From Candidatus Krumholzibacteriia bacterium (GTDB taxonomy: Bacteria > Krumholzibacteriota > Krumholzibacteriia > WVZY01): a stretch of 39,019 nucleotides of DNA. Under the pieces are notes generated by a model that was given only the letters and a program-made list of their open reading frames with translations, was not told the DNA's origin and did no database searches. The stretch spans positions 1 to 39,019 of the forward strand of contig JBHHVD010000023.1 of NCBI GenBank assembly GCA_046754105.1. Reading direction: 5' to 3'. The position numbers and the translations under genes were made by a program. Positions 17,784-26,954 of this stretch are shown one piece after another; position 1 is the stretch's first letter; each line of letters starts with the position of its first letter.

Positions 17784-19251
17784 CAAACCCTCTTTCTCGA
17801 TCCTGACCCCGGATCGGATCGAGCAAATACTGGCGGAGGCCTTCGAAACGCTCGAGAAGGTCGGCGTTCTGGTCGAGAACAAGGACGCGGTCGATCGACT
17901 CGCCGGCGCGGGTACGAGCCTGTCGGACGACGGCAAACGCGTCTTTATCCCACAACAGCTGTGTGAGAAATGTCTCGGCACGGTTCCGCGCAGTTTTACG
18001 CTATTCGACCGCGATGGTGCCGAGGTCGGACCCGTCGGTGACGATAACGTTATCTTCAACCCGGGATCGGCCGCGATCTCCATCTATGATTTCGAAAAAC
18101 GCGCCATACGCAAGCCTGTCACCGACGATGTCATCGATTTCATTCTTGTTGCCGATCGTCTTCGGGAATTCTCCGCCCAAAGCACGGCCATCGTACCTGC
18201 CGACGTCCCCGAGGCACTCGCCGACCGCTACCGCTTGTTTCTCGCGCTTGTATACGGCAACAAACCGGTGGTCACCGGGACGTTTACGAAAGAGGCCTTT
18301 TCGACCATGGTCTCGATGTTGACCGCGGTCGGGGGTGGCGCGGGATCGCTGACGAAGAGGCCCTTTGCCATATTCGACTGTTGCCCGTCTCCACCGCTCG
18401 CGTGGAGCGATCTGACGTGTCAGGTTCTGGTGGACTGCGCGACCCATGGCGTCCCCGCCGAAACGGTTTCGATGCCGCTCGCCGGTGCCACCAGTCCGGT
18501 GACACTGTCTGGATCGCTCGTACAGCACACGGCGGAAACGTTGAGCGGAATCGTGATACACCAGATCACCAACCCCGGGGCTCCGGTTGTGTACGGAGGG
18601 GCGGCGGCGTGTTTTGATATGCGCAAGGGCACGACGCCGCAGGGCGCGGTGGAAACCATGATGATCGACACCGCCTACATCCAGATTGCCCGCCGGCTGG
18701 GAGTTCCCTCACATGTGTACATGGGGCTCGGCGACGCGAAGTCCCCCGATTTCCAGGCGGGATTCGAGACCGCGATGGGTGCGACGCTGGCGGCGCTCGC
18801 CGGGGCCAACATCGTCTCCGGCCCCGGGATGTTGAACTTCATTAGCACCCAGAGCCTGGAGAAGCTCGTACTCGACAACGAGATTTGCGCCATGGCCCGA
18901 CGCCTGCTCGAGGGCATCTCTTTCCGCGAGGACACCGCCGGTTTCGACGCCCTGAGAGCACTCGCGGTAAGCGGAGATTTCCTCACGTCCGATCACACGC
19001 GGAGCTTTTTTCGCAAGGAAGTTTACTACCCTTCGGAGGTAGTGGACCGTTCTACACAAGGCGACTGGGAAAAGGGCGGGTCAAAGACCGCGGTGGAGAG
19101 GGCCCACGAGAAGGTGCGCGAGATACTCGGCGGGCCACCCGCCGCGCTGCTCTCCCCGCATATCACCGACGAGCTCGCGTCGATCATGCAAGCGGACGCC
19201 CGGGCGCACGGCCTCGACACCCTCCCCGAATGGCGCGCCCGCCTCGGCTGA
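17767..19251 (+). CDS. mttB: MttB-superfamily (non-pyrrolysine) methylamine/quaternary-amine:corrinoid methyltransferase
   Basis: LEKVGVLVEN, CPSPPLAW, MPLAGATSPVTLSGSLVQHTAETLSG, PGAPVVYGG, GDAKSPDFQAGFE, SLEKLVLDNEI, FLTSDHT. No in-frame TAG. Confidence 0.93.
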   Translation: MTRFHDKPSFSILTPDRIEQILAEAFETLEKVGVLVENKDAVDRLAGAGTSLSDDGKRVFIPQQLCEKCLGTVPRSFTLFDRDGAEVGPVGDDNVIFNPGSAAISIYDFEKRAIRKPVTDDVIDFILVADRLREFSAQSTAIVPADVPEALADRYRLFLALVYGNKPVVTGTFTKEAFSTMVSMLTAVGGGAGSLTKRPFAIFDCCPSPPLAWSDLTCQVLVDCATHGVPAETVSMPLAGATSPVTLSGSLVQHTAETLSGIVIHQITNPGAPVVYGGAAACFDMRKGTTPQGAVETMMIDTAYIQIARRLGVPSHVYMGLGDAKSPDFQAGFETAMGATLAALAGANIVSGPGMLNFISTQSLEKLVLDNEICAMARRLLEGISFREDTAGFDALRALAVSGDFLTSDHTRSFFRKEVYYPSEVVDRSTQGDWEKGGSKTAVERAHEKVREILGGPPAALLSPHITDELASIMQADARAHGLDTLPEWRARLG

Positions 19252-19263
19252 TCCGACCATGGC

Positions 19264-19447
19264 CCGGTGCGGGTCCTCGAATGGATCCGTAGTGGTTGCG
19301 GGCGGGCTCGGGGGTCGTCGAGGGGACGTTTGCAGGAGCGAGAGAGGATCCGCCCGCGAAGCGGGCCAGCCGAGCGAAGCGGGCGACGGGACGGAGACGA
19401 GCCCAGAGCCCGCCCGGTGTCGGCCACCGGGGGCCGGCCCGCACCGG
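19264..19447. repeat. Nested inverted-repeat element between convergent genes (REP/MITE-like or bidirectional terminator)
   Basis: Outer 10-bp IR CCGGTGCGGG/CCCGCACCGG, inner 20-bp IR (19300-19319 vs 19396-19415, 18/20), GCCCGC-GAA-GCGGGC hairpin at 19352-19366, and a second GCGAAGC at 19374. Confidence 0.55.
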
Positions 19448-19493
19448 TCTGCGGGTCCTCTCGGGCGAGCACTCCGGCGGAGCCGGTGCGCGA

Positions 19494-21056
19494 TCATTCG
19501 TATCGATAGACGACCAGGCGGTGCCCGTCCTTGCTCGCGGAGAACACGGGCTCGAGCCAGGCGGGCGCTTCGTGCGGCTCGATCAAGTACGCCAGCCGTG
19601 GGTGCGTCGACGGCATGATGTAGTCTTCCACGACCAGGTGGGTGATCCCCTCCTGCTGCAAGAACGTTTCGAGCCGCTCGATCTCCCGGACCTCGAGCGG
19701 CCGAAACTCCGAACGGGCATAGAACGACACCTCCGGTTTTCGCCCCGTGACCACAACGGGCCCGGCCGCGTTGCGTCCGAGCCACAGGCCCGCCTTCTTG
19801 TAGAGCACCGGCCACGGCCGCCTCGCGAGCGAATAGCTGGTGTAGGCGCAAATCAGGACGACGGCGACGGCGGCCGACCCGTTGAAGACGCGCCGGCCCA
19901 GCCGGTAGCGGAACTCCTCCAGACCAATCGCGCTCCACACGATGAGCACGGGCAGGGACGCCGCGAAGAAGCGCCGCATGAGGAAGAGCGGTGATATCGC
20001 GAGTGCGAGAAGCACGATCCACGCGCCGAACAGCAACTCGTACTTCGACCGCGGCACTCGGCGCCGGTACACGATACCCGCGATGGCGAGAAGCATCAGC
20101 GGCCAGTACATCAGCGACGGGATCTTGTTGAAGAGGGCCTTCGGCAGGTTGTCGAGCGTTCTGGACAGAACCAATCCTGGCCTTTGCCGAATAAACTCGC
20201 CAACGCGATAGTAGCCCGGTTTTCTTTCCTCACCCGCGCCCGTAATCGCCGCGTAGTCGGAGGGCTGCACCTGGATCCGCTCCTCCTCGTACGCGTTTCG
20301 ATACGTGAGATAGAAATTCAATGCTCCCTTCTCCCCGATTATCCATCGGCCCTCGGTCCCCGATACATCGTAAAGATACGGAAGCGCAGGCGCCGCGAAC
20401 CCAGCGCTAAGCAGTAGCGGTACCAGGAGCGCGCGAACAGCGGCGCGGCCGCGCCGCCGAAGCTCGAGGAGCGAACGCGCCGCTGTCAGACCCACCAACA
20501 AGCCAAAGAAAACGATCGCCTCGGGGCGGGTGAGGAAGGCAAGGGATAACACCAACCCCGCGATGAAGATACCGGCCCAGGCACGTTTGCCGGGCCCGCT
20601 CCAGGCGGATTTGAAACCGTGACAGAAAAACGCGAGGGACGTTCCCGCCAGAAAGAGGTATACCGCTTCCGTCAAGAGGCTTTGCGAAACAATAACCAGT
20701 CGCGGGTGGATAACAGCAACCACCGCCGCTACCAGGCCTACCTCGGACCCCGCGATCGCTTTTGCGAGGAAGTAGCAGCAGACGACGCACCCCGCGCTGG
20801 CGAGCAACGAGACCGCGATACCGGAAGCTTCGGGCGACACGCCCATTCTCAGCGGAACGCTGGACAGAAACGGGTAGAACGGTGGCCAAATCGGGTCCAA
20901 TCCCCTTCCCCAGTGCCCCTCCGCGAAGAAGCGCGCGATCGCCCCGTAGTACGCGGCGTCCGTGTCGATCATCTTGTAATGAACGAGCATCAGCCCACGC
21001 CAAAGAACCGCGAGGGCAACGAGGAACGTCAGCTGAACGGGACGGTTTGGTCTCAT
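19494..21056 (-). CDS. GT-C fold (ArnT/PMT-like) integral membrane glycosyltransferase
   Basis: First-loop acidic motif DTDAAYY, WPPFYPFL, LLTEAVY, LAFLTRPEA, many TM helices and a soluble C-terminal domain. Confidence 0.85.
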   Translation of the reverse strand: MRPNRPVQLTFLVALAVLWRGLMLVHYKMIDTDAAYYGAIARFFAEGHWGRGLDPIWPPFYPFLSSVPLRMGVSPEASGIAVSLLASAGCVVCCYFLAKAIAGSEVGLVAAVVAVIHPRLVIVSQSLLTEAVYLFLAGTSLAFFCHGFKSAWSGPGKRAWAGIFIAGLVLSLAFLTRPEAIVFFGLLVGLTAARSLLELRRRGRAAVRALLVPLLLSAGFAAPALPYLYDVSGTEGRWIIGEKGALNFYLTYRNAYEEERIQVQPSDYAAITGAGEERKPGYYRVGEFIRQRPGLVLSRTLDNLPKALFNKIPSLMYWPLMLLAIAGIVYRRRVPRSKYELLFGAWIVLLALAISPLFLMRRFFAASLPVLIVWSAIGLEEFRYRLGRRVFNGSAAVAVVLICAYTSYSLARRPWPVLYKKAGLWLGRNAAGPVVVTGRKPEVSFYARSEFRPLEVREIERLETFLQQEGITHLVVEDYIMPSTHPRLAYLIEPHEAPAWLEPVFSASKDGHRLVVYRYE

Positions 21057-21080
21057 GGGCTTGTGGCGGTGGGCGACGGC

Positions 21081-22610
21081 CTAGAACCGCCGCCGCCAGC
21101 TGAGCCGGCCCCCGGTCTCCGGCCGCAAACCGTGGGGCGTGTTCGGGCCGTCATCCTGCCACCACACGCCGGCTCCAAAGACGCCGAGCCGTGTCGGCAG
21201 CTCCGCCTCTATTTCAACGACGTGGACGGTCTCGGCCGACGCGCTCACCGTATGCCGGCTGTTTGCCGATCGGTCGGTGGCACTCGCACCGTCGCGGTTG
21301 ACATTGGCGCGATGATACCGCAGGTGATAACTCCCGTCCCGGCTGTCGATCAGGGTGGCGCCGAACGACAGGAGCCGGCTGTCTCCGTCGAGTCCGTGTC
21401 CGACGGCACGGCCCCGGTAGCGATAGCCGGTTTGATAAATACTGTGATTGTAGACCACGTTGAAGCTGGTCGAGCGGCCGTCGACGCCGTCCGCCGCCGT
21501 ATCGGAATACTCACCCGTCAACCGCCATTGCGCGCCCCGGTCGAGAAACGGCCCGTCGACGGACAATCCGAACAGGCCGACCACAGATCGTACCCACAGG
21601 TCGATTTCATCCTCTCCAAAGTACTGCCCGTATAGCGCTGCGCCGTAATCGCCGATGCGCGGCGCGTAGCGCAGACCGAAGCCGGCCAGCTGGTTGCTCG
21701 GATCGTCCGGCATGCCCGTGTTGTCGGCCTCGTTGAAGGGGAGCAGTGCGTCGATCCAGGTATCGATGCCGCAGGGGCGGCCGCTTCCACAGATCATCAG
21801 CGTGCGCGTGACAGCGATCTCCAGACCGCGCAGCGGGGTCAGGGTCAGGCGCATGCCGAAGAACAGCGGCGCCGATACCGCGCGGCCGTCGTCGAGCACC
21901 CCGAGATGCCCTCTCACACGCCAATGTCCCATCCATCGAAGCCACCGTGATTCGAACGCTTCGGGGGCAAGCCGGGTCACCCCGATCGCCGGGAACGGGC
22001 GGGCGTTGTTGGAAAGAACCAGGCTGTTCCCCCAGCCGGGCCCCCACCATTGCTCGACGTACCCGCCGTACACCGCCCAATTCCCGATGGCCTGCGCCAC
22101 ATAGGTGCCGTCGGCCTTGAAATCGCCTGCCTCGTCACCCTCGTAACCCGCGCTCAGACGCACGAAGGTCGATTTCCACCGGCGCTCGACCGACACCCGC
22201 CCGTCGAGTTCCTCGCGAACGGCGCCCCCGAAATTCTGGATCAGCCGCGGCCGGCTGGCCGAGGCCACGTCCACCTCGTAGCGCAAACCTCCCCCGCGTG
22301 TTTCCTCCTCCAGGCGCCGTCGTACGCGGGCGAGGCTGCGGCGCACGTGAACGGGCATCGCCGCATCCGTCACCACGTCCAGCCCCTTCCCGACCTGGGC
22401 CCAGGGTACCGGCCACGCGGTCACGGGTCCCTCGATCAACCCGTAGCCCGCGAGCACCTCGATGTCATGTCGCAGTGTGGTATCTCCGCCGTCAGCCCAC
22501 AACGACGCGGATACGCCACGGGCGGCAAGGCCCACCGCGAGTACGGTGAACAAAAGGGCAAGGAAACCGCGGGCCCGGGCATATCCCGGCGCGGCGGGCA
22601 GGTGGATCAT
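21081..22610 (-). CDS. wzi: Capsule assembly Wzi family outer-membrane protein
   Basis: LRHDIEVLAGYGLIEGPVTAWPVPW, WWGPGWGNSLVLSNNARPFP, NQLAGF, LYGQYFGEDE, YNHSIYQTGYRYRGRAVGHGLDGDS, C-terminal Phe. Start uncertain. Confidence 0.88.
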   Translation of the reverse strand: MIHLPAAPGYARARGFLALLFTVLAVGLAARGVSASLWADGGDTTLRHDIEVLAGYGLIEGPVTAWPVPWAQVGKGLDVVTDAAMPVHVRRSLARVRRRLEEETRGGGLRYEVDVASASRPRLIQNFGGAVREELDGRVSVERRWKSTFVRLSAGYEGDEAGDFKADGTYVAQAIGNWAVYGGYVEQWWGPGWGNSLVLSNNARPFPAIGVTRLAPEAFESRWLRWMGHWRVRGHLGVLDDGRAVSAPLFFGMRLTLTPLRGLEIAVTRTLMICGSGRPCGIDTWIDALLPFNEADNTGMPDDPSNQLAGFGLRYAPRIGDYGAALYGQYFGEDEIDLWVRSVVGLFGLSVDGPFLDRGAQWRLTGEYSDTAADGVDGRSTSFNVVYNHSIYQTGYRYRGRAVGHGLDGDSRLLSFGATLIDSRDGSYHLRYHRANVNRDGASATDRSANSRHTVSASAETVHVVEIEAELPTRLGVFGAGVWWQDDGPNTPHGLRPETGGRLSWRRRF

Positions 22611-22906
22611 CGGGCTCTCGTAAAAATGGTCGGGGATCGAAGGGAGCAAGGAGACTCACTCGTCGCCGGAGCTTCGGTGTCGCAGTCATCTTACCAGGGA
22701 TGCCCGCCCGAGTCAAAATCGGCGGCCCCGGCCCCCATGGACGATGCAACCAACGATTATTAGCCAAGTTACTGAATCGTTGTTCTTGACAAACGGGAGA
22801 CGAAATGGTTTACTATATCTACGTCGGCGTCGGCCCGTATCGTCGCGTATCCATGCGATCTCCACAACCCGGTTGAGGGCCCGGCTCAAACCGCACTTCC
22901 CTGCAC

Positions 22907-25039
22907 ATGATCGGTCAAACCGTACTGCATTACAAGGTCAGCGAGAAACTCGGCGAGGGCGGCATGGGTGTCGTCTACAAGGCCGAGGACAGCAAGCTGC
23001 GGCGCGCCGTCGCCCTGAAGTTCTTACAACCGCACATTTTCAACAGCGACGCGGGCAGGGCCCGTTTCATTCACGAAGCCCAGGCGGCGGCGGCTCTCGA
23101 CCACCCGAATATCTGCACGATTTACGAAATCGACGAGGCAAACGACCAGACCTTTATCTCCATGGCCCACGTCGAAGGTGTCAGTCTGCGCGAGAAAATC
23201 CGCAGCGGGGCCTTCGAACTGGCGGAAGCCCTGGAGATCGTCATCCAGGTGGCGGAGGGGCTGCAGGCCGCACACGCCAAGGGCGTGGTGCATCGCGACG
23301 TCAAGAGTGCGAATATCATGGTGACACCCGACGGCCAGGTCAAGATCATGGATTTCGGCCTGGCAAAGCTATCGGGCCGCACGCGGGTCACCAAGACCGG
23401 CACCGCGATGGGAACCATCGAATACATGTCACCCGAACAGGCGAGCGGTGGCAGTATCGACCATCGAACCGACATCTGGTCGCTCGGCGTAGTTCTCTAC
23501 GAGATGGTCGCCGGCCACTTGCCGTTCGACGGCGAGTACGACCAGGCCGTGGTGTACTCCATCATCCACGATGACGCCGCACCCATCAAGATCGACCTGC
23601 CGGTGGACGTCGAACGTATAACAAACAAGGCGTTGGCGAAGCGCCCGGATGACCGTTACCAGACCGCGTCCGAATTCGTGATCGACCTCAAAGCGCTCGA
23701 GCGCGACCTCACCTCCGCGATGACAAAGACGGAGGTTTCCCCGTCTAGGCCGCAGCTCTCCATCGCCGTGCTGCCCTTCGCCAACATGAGCCCAGACAAG
23801 GAGCAGGAGTACTTTTGTGACGGCATGGCCGAGGATATTATCAACGACCTCACGAAGGTCGAGGGGCTGCGGGTCGTATCGCGGACCTCGTCCTTCACGT
23901 TCAAGGGCCGGAACGAGGATATTCGCGAGATCGGCCGCAAACTCAGGGTCAAGACGCTGCTAGAGGGCAGCGTTCGCAAGGCCGGAAGCCGGCTGCGCAT
24001 CACCGCCCAGCTGATCAACGTCTCCGACGGATACCACATCTGGTCACAGCGGTACGATCGCGAGATGGAAGACGTCTTCGCCATCCAGGACGAGATCTCC
24101 CAGAACATCGTGCACGCGCTCGAGGTGAAACTGACCGCGACGGCCAAGCGCAACATCGAGAAAACGGCTACGAAGGACGTCCAGGCGTACGACCTCTACC
24201 TCCGCGGTCGGCAGTTTTTCTACCAGTGGCAGCGCAAGAGCATCGAATACGCACTCGAGATGTTCAAACGCGCCATCAAGCGGGATCCCAACTACTCCCT
24301 GGCCTATGCGGGAATGGCTGATTGCTATTCGGTGCTTTTCACCGACTTCGACCGCAACAAGGAGAACCTGGAGCGATCGCTTGCCGCCAGCCAACAGGCC
24401 CTGGAACTGGATGCCGACCTCGCGGAGGCGCACGCCGCGCGCGGGTTCGCCGTCTCTTCCCTAAACAAGCAGTACGACGAAGGTGCGCGGGAATTCGAGA
24501 CGGCGATACGCCTCAACCCGAAGCTCTTCGAGGCCTACTATTTCTACGCCCGCAGCTGCCGCACCCAGGGCAAGATGGAAAAGGCGGCCCAGCTTTTCGA
24601 GCAGGCCTGCCTGGTCAAACCCGAGGATTACCAGGCCCAGTTCCTGCTGGCCGGAACGTACAAAGGGCTGAATCTCGAAGCGGGCGCGGAGGCCGCGTAC
24701 CAGCGCGGCATGGAAAACGCCGAACGTCACCTCGAGCTCAACCCCGATGATTCCCGCGCCACGTACCTCGGCGCGACCGCCCTCATCGAGCTGGGCGAAC
24801 GCGAAAAAGGGCTGGAGTGGGCCACGCGCGCGGTGACAATGGACCCCGAAAACCCGCTCCTGCTCTACAATATCTCATGTGTTTTCTCGCTCGCCGGCGA
24901 GCTGGAAGGCGCCATCCGCTACTTCGATTGGGCGATCGACGCCGGCTACGCACAGAAGGAATGGGCCCAAGGCGACCCCGACCTGGAACCTATCCGCTCC
25001 GATCCCCGTTTCGCGGCCATTCTGCAGAAGATGAAATAG
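22907..25039 (+). CDS. Hanks-type Ser/Thr kinase with SIAVLPF (TolB-N-like) domain and TPR repeats
   Basis: GEGGMGVVY, VALK, HRDVKSAN, DFGLA, YMSPEQ, DIWSLG, then SIAVLPFANMS and TPR-like helices. No TM segment seen. Confidence 0.95.
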   Translation: MIGQTVLHYKVSEKLGEGGMGVVYKAEDSKLRRAVALKFLQPHIFNSDAGRARFIHEAQAAAALDHPNICTIYEIDEANDQTFISMAHVEGVSLREKIRSGAFELAEALEIVIQVAEGLQAAHAKGVVHRDVKSANIMVTPDGQVKIMDFGLAKLSGRTRVTKTGTAMGTIEYMSPEQASGGSIDHRTDIWSLGVVLYEMVAGHLPFDGEYDQAVVYSIIHDDAAPIKIDLPVDVERITNKALAKRPDDRYQTASEFVIDLKALERDLTSAMTKTEVSPSRPQLSIAVLPFANMSPDKEQEYFCDGMAEDIINDLTKVEGLRVVSRTSSFTFKGRNEDIREIGRKLRVKTLLEGSVRKAGSRLRITAQLINVSDGYHIWSQRYDREMEDVFAIQDEISQNIVHALEVKLTATAKRNIEKTATKDVQAYDLYLRGRQFFYQWQRKSIEYALEMFKRAIKRDPNYSLAYAGMADCYSVLFTDFDRNKENLERSLAASQQALELDADLAEAHAARGFAVSSLNKQYDEGAREFETAIRLNPKLFEAYYFYARSCRTQGKMEKAAQLFEQACLVKPEDYQAQFLLAGTYKGLNLEAGAEAAYQRGMENAERHLELNPDDSRATYLGATALIELGEREKGLEWATRAVTMDPENPLLLYNISCVFSLAGELEGAIRYFDWAIDAGYAQKEWAQGDPDLEPIRSDPRFAAILQKMK

Positions 25040-25131
25040 CCCTCTCACCCCCTGCGTGAGAACGAGGCCATCTTGAAAGCGTCTCAGGCGATAGTCGACC
25101 TCATATCCGAACACTCGTCCGGGATTAGGGG

Positions 25132-25160
25132 TTGAAAAAGAGGCTATCGTATGCTAGAGT
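25132..25160 (+). promoter_or_regulatory. Sigma70-type promoter for the gene at 25291
   Basis: TTGAAA - 17 bp - TAGAGT with extended -10 TG. Confidence 0.5.
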
Positions 25161-25290
25161 GGGGTGGCTTGGTTCACTATACCCACTTTCATTGCGTTTA
25201 CCGCGTTTACCCAGATTCATTGCGTTTGCAGCCATCCGTGCGGGGTTAAGGGCTGCGTGACACCTGTGGAAGCCTACGGGAGGCCACCGA

Positions 25291-25992
25291 ATGAAACGCT
25301 CTGCGATTTGTCCACTTTGGGTCCGTGTCGCTGTAATCGTACTGCCGATCCTCTGTACTGGCTTTGACGCTGCGTTTGCCGCTCTGGCCGTGCGAGCGCG
25401 CGCCTTCGCCTTCTATCTGAACGTGCCCAGCCAGGGCGTAGTCGACGAGTACCACGGGGATACCGGGTGGCTTCCACCACTGGGCGGTTCCCAGAGCAGC
25501 ACGCTGGTCAACCACAACATCGGAACGGTGCTAAGTACCGATTCCGCTTCCGTATCGAGCGACGGCGACGAGTGTGAAGGAGAAAGCTCGGTTTCGATCG
25601 GCCCGACGGCGTTGCTGGCCGGCGCGCCGGGCGAATTGACCTTCAGCTCGCTTTCGAGCGATGACGATGACACTTGCTGCGTGTTCGTCGACCACCCCAA
25701 GGCGGCTGTGATTTCCGACCTTGTCTTCGGCGGCAGCGCGGTCACCGTCTCTGGAGCGTTTAATCAGACCGTCGTACGGCCGGGGGTTGGCACGCTGATC
25801 GTCAACGAGCTGGTCGTCTTGAGCCCCGACGACTGCGACGACGACGATTTCCTCGTTAACGCCTTGCACTTGACGCTGGACAGTGGCGAGGAGATCGTTA
25901 TCGGGTGTACGATCTTCCACTCGGACGACCAGTGCTGCCCGATACCGGTCGAGCCGTCCAGCTGGGGCCGGATAAAAGCTATTTACGAGTAG
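25291..25992 (+). CDS. Secreted acidic beta-rich protein (choice-of-anchor P-like) with C-terminal WGxIK motif
   Basis: Signal peptide. NQTVVRPGVGTLIVNE and VNALHL resemble choice-of-anchor P. Ends CPIPVEPSSWGRIKAIYE. SD GGAGG. Confidence 0.7.
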   Translation: MKRSAICPLWVRVAVIVLPILCTGFDAAFAALAVRARAFAFYLNVPSQGVVDEYHGDTGWLPPLGGSQSSTLVNHNIGTVLSTDSASVSSDGDECEGESSVSIGPTALLAGAPGELTFSSLSSDDDDTCCVFVDHPKAAVISDLVFGGSAVTVSGAFNQTVVRPGVGTLIVNELVVLSPDDCDDDDFLVNALHLTLDSGEEIVIGCTIFHSDDQCCPIPVEPSSWGRIKAIYE

Positions 25993-26584
25993 CGTCCAGT
26001 GCCGCGGCCGCCGCGTCGACTTCATCGCCCATCAGTTCGAGGAATACGCCGAGCAGGTAGCGATAGCGTTCCATGACGTCCATTTCACCGGCCGCCATGA
26101 TTCGCTGCAGGCCGTCCGTCTCGACGATAACCGCCTTCATGCGTCCGGCACGGGCCGGCGCGGGCAGACGCGCGGCCCCATCGCCGGATTTCGCCTGCCA
26201 GTCACCCGCGGCATCGAGGTAATTCGGAGTACCGCTCATTCGAGCCTCTTGTGGTGTTTCCCCGGCGGGTTTTGCCGCCACGCCATCCTTCCCGGCCCGC
26301 TCGCTTGTCTGTTCGTACTCGCGCTTCATGGCACTACGAACGTTCGCGTTTATCGCCCAGAAGTCGCGCATCTGGCGTGGCAGGCGAAGCGCGTCCATCT
26401 CCGCCAGCAATTCGCCGAATTCCCGCACGTCCCGCTTGTCCATGGCCAGTTGCTTCTTGGCCTTCATGTATGCACGCCCACCCTTGACGTTATCCGCAAG
26501 AACAACGCAAGGCACGGCCATAGCCGCGGCCATAATCATCATCAGAACTCTTCCCTCTCGCAAAGTGGGGCTCCCTGGGTTCAA
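25979..26584 (-). CDS. Hypothetical, probably exported helical protein
   Basis: Hydrophobic N-terminus (MMIMAAAMAVPCVVLA) then helical, charged sequence. Fills the gap between genes. Start uncertain; 14-bp convergent overlap with the previous gene. Confidence 0.55.
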   Translation of the reverse strand: MNPGSPTLREGRVLMMIMAAAMAVPCVVLADNVKGGRAYMKAKKQLAMDKRDVREFGELLAEMDALRLPRQMRDFWAINANVRSAMKREYEQTSERAGKDGVAAKPAGETPQEARMSGTPNYLDAAGDWQAKSGDGAARLPAPARAGRMKAVIVETDGLQRIMAAGEMDVMERYRYLLGVFLELMGDEVDAAAAALDATRK

Positions 26585-26954
26585 TGGTTTGTGCCGTCGC
26601 TGCGACCCGTGGCCCGGTCGGGGCCCGGCCGCGTTCCCGCCGAGGAAAGCAAGAACCGAGCCTCACACCAGCCGTCGCGCATAGCGGAGTAAGGCTTCTC
26701 TGGGCAACAAGTTGCCTGACCGGCCCATAGAGCGCCGGCTACGAGCGCGACGGGCCGGCGTGCAAAACCCGCCTCGCCGGCCGCGCACTCTCTCATTTGT
26801 CCACGCCCCGGCGGCGCCGCCGAGTATGGGGACCGCTCCACCGAAAGGGTCGCCGTGGACGGACGTTGGGCTTTTCGGCTTCCCAGGGTAATCGTATTCC
26901 TTTATTGTTGCTGCGTCAATCCACCGGCCGCGGCCGCATCCAAACTGCAAACCC

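Noticed and set aside
17767..19251. Pyrrolysine recoding in MttB
   Set aside because: The ORF is uninterrupted, with no in-frame TAG and no pyl genes in the window.
22907..25039. Ser/Thr kinase-TPR as a defence or novel system
   Set aside because: This architecture is common and often multi-copy in such lineages, and there are no adjacent defence genes.
25164..25367. 67-aa ORF as an attenuator leader peptide
   Set aside because: It has no clear SD, overlaps the downstream gene, and that gene is not an amino-acid biosynthesis gene.
26600..26950. GC-rich hairpins upstream of phoB as an ncRNA
   Set aside because: The stems are short and imperfect, as expected by chance at this GC content, and no family is recognisable.
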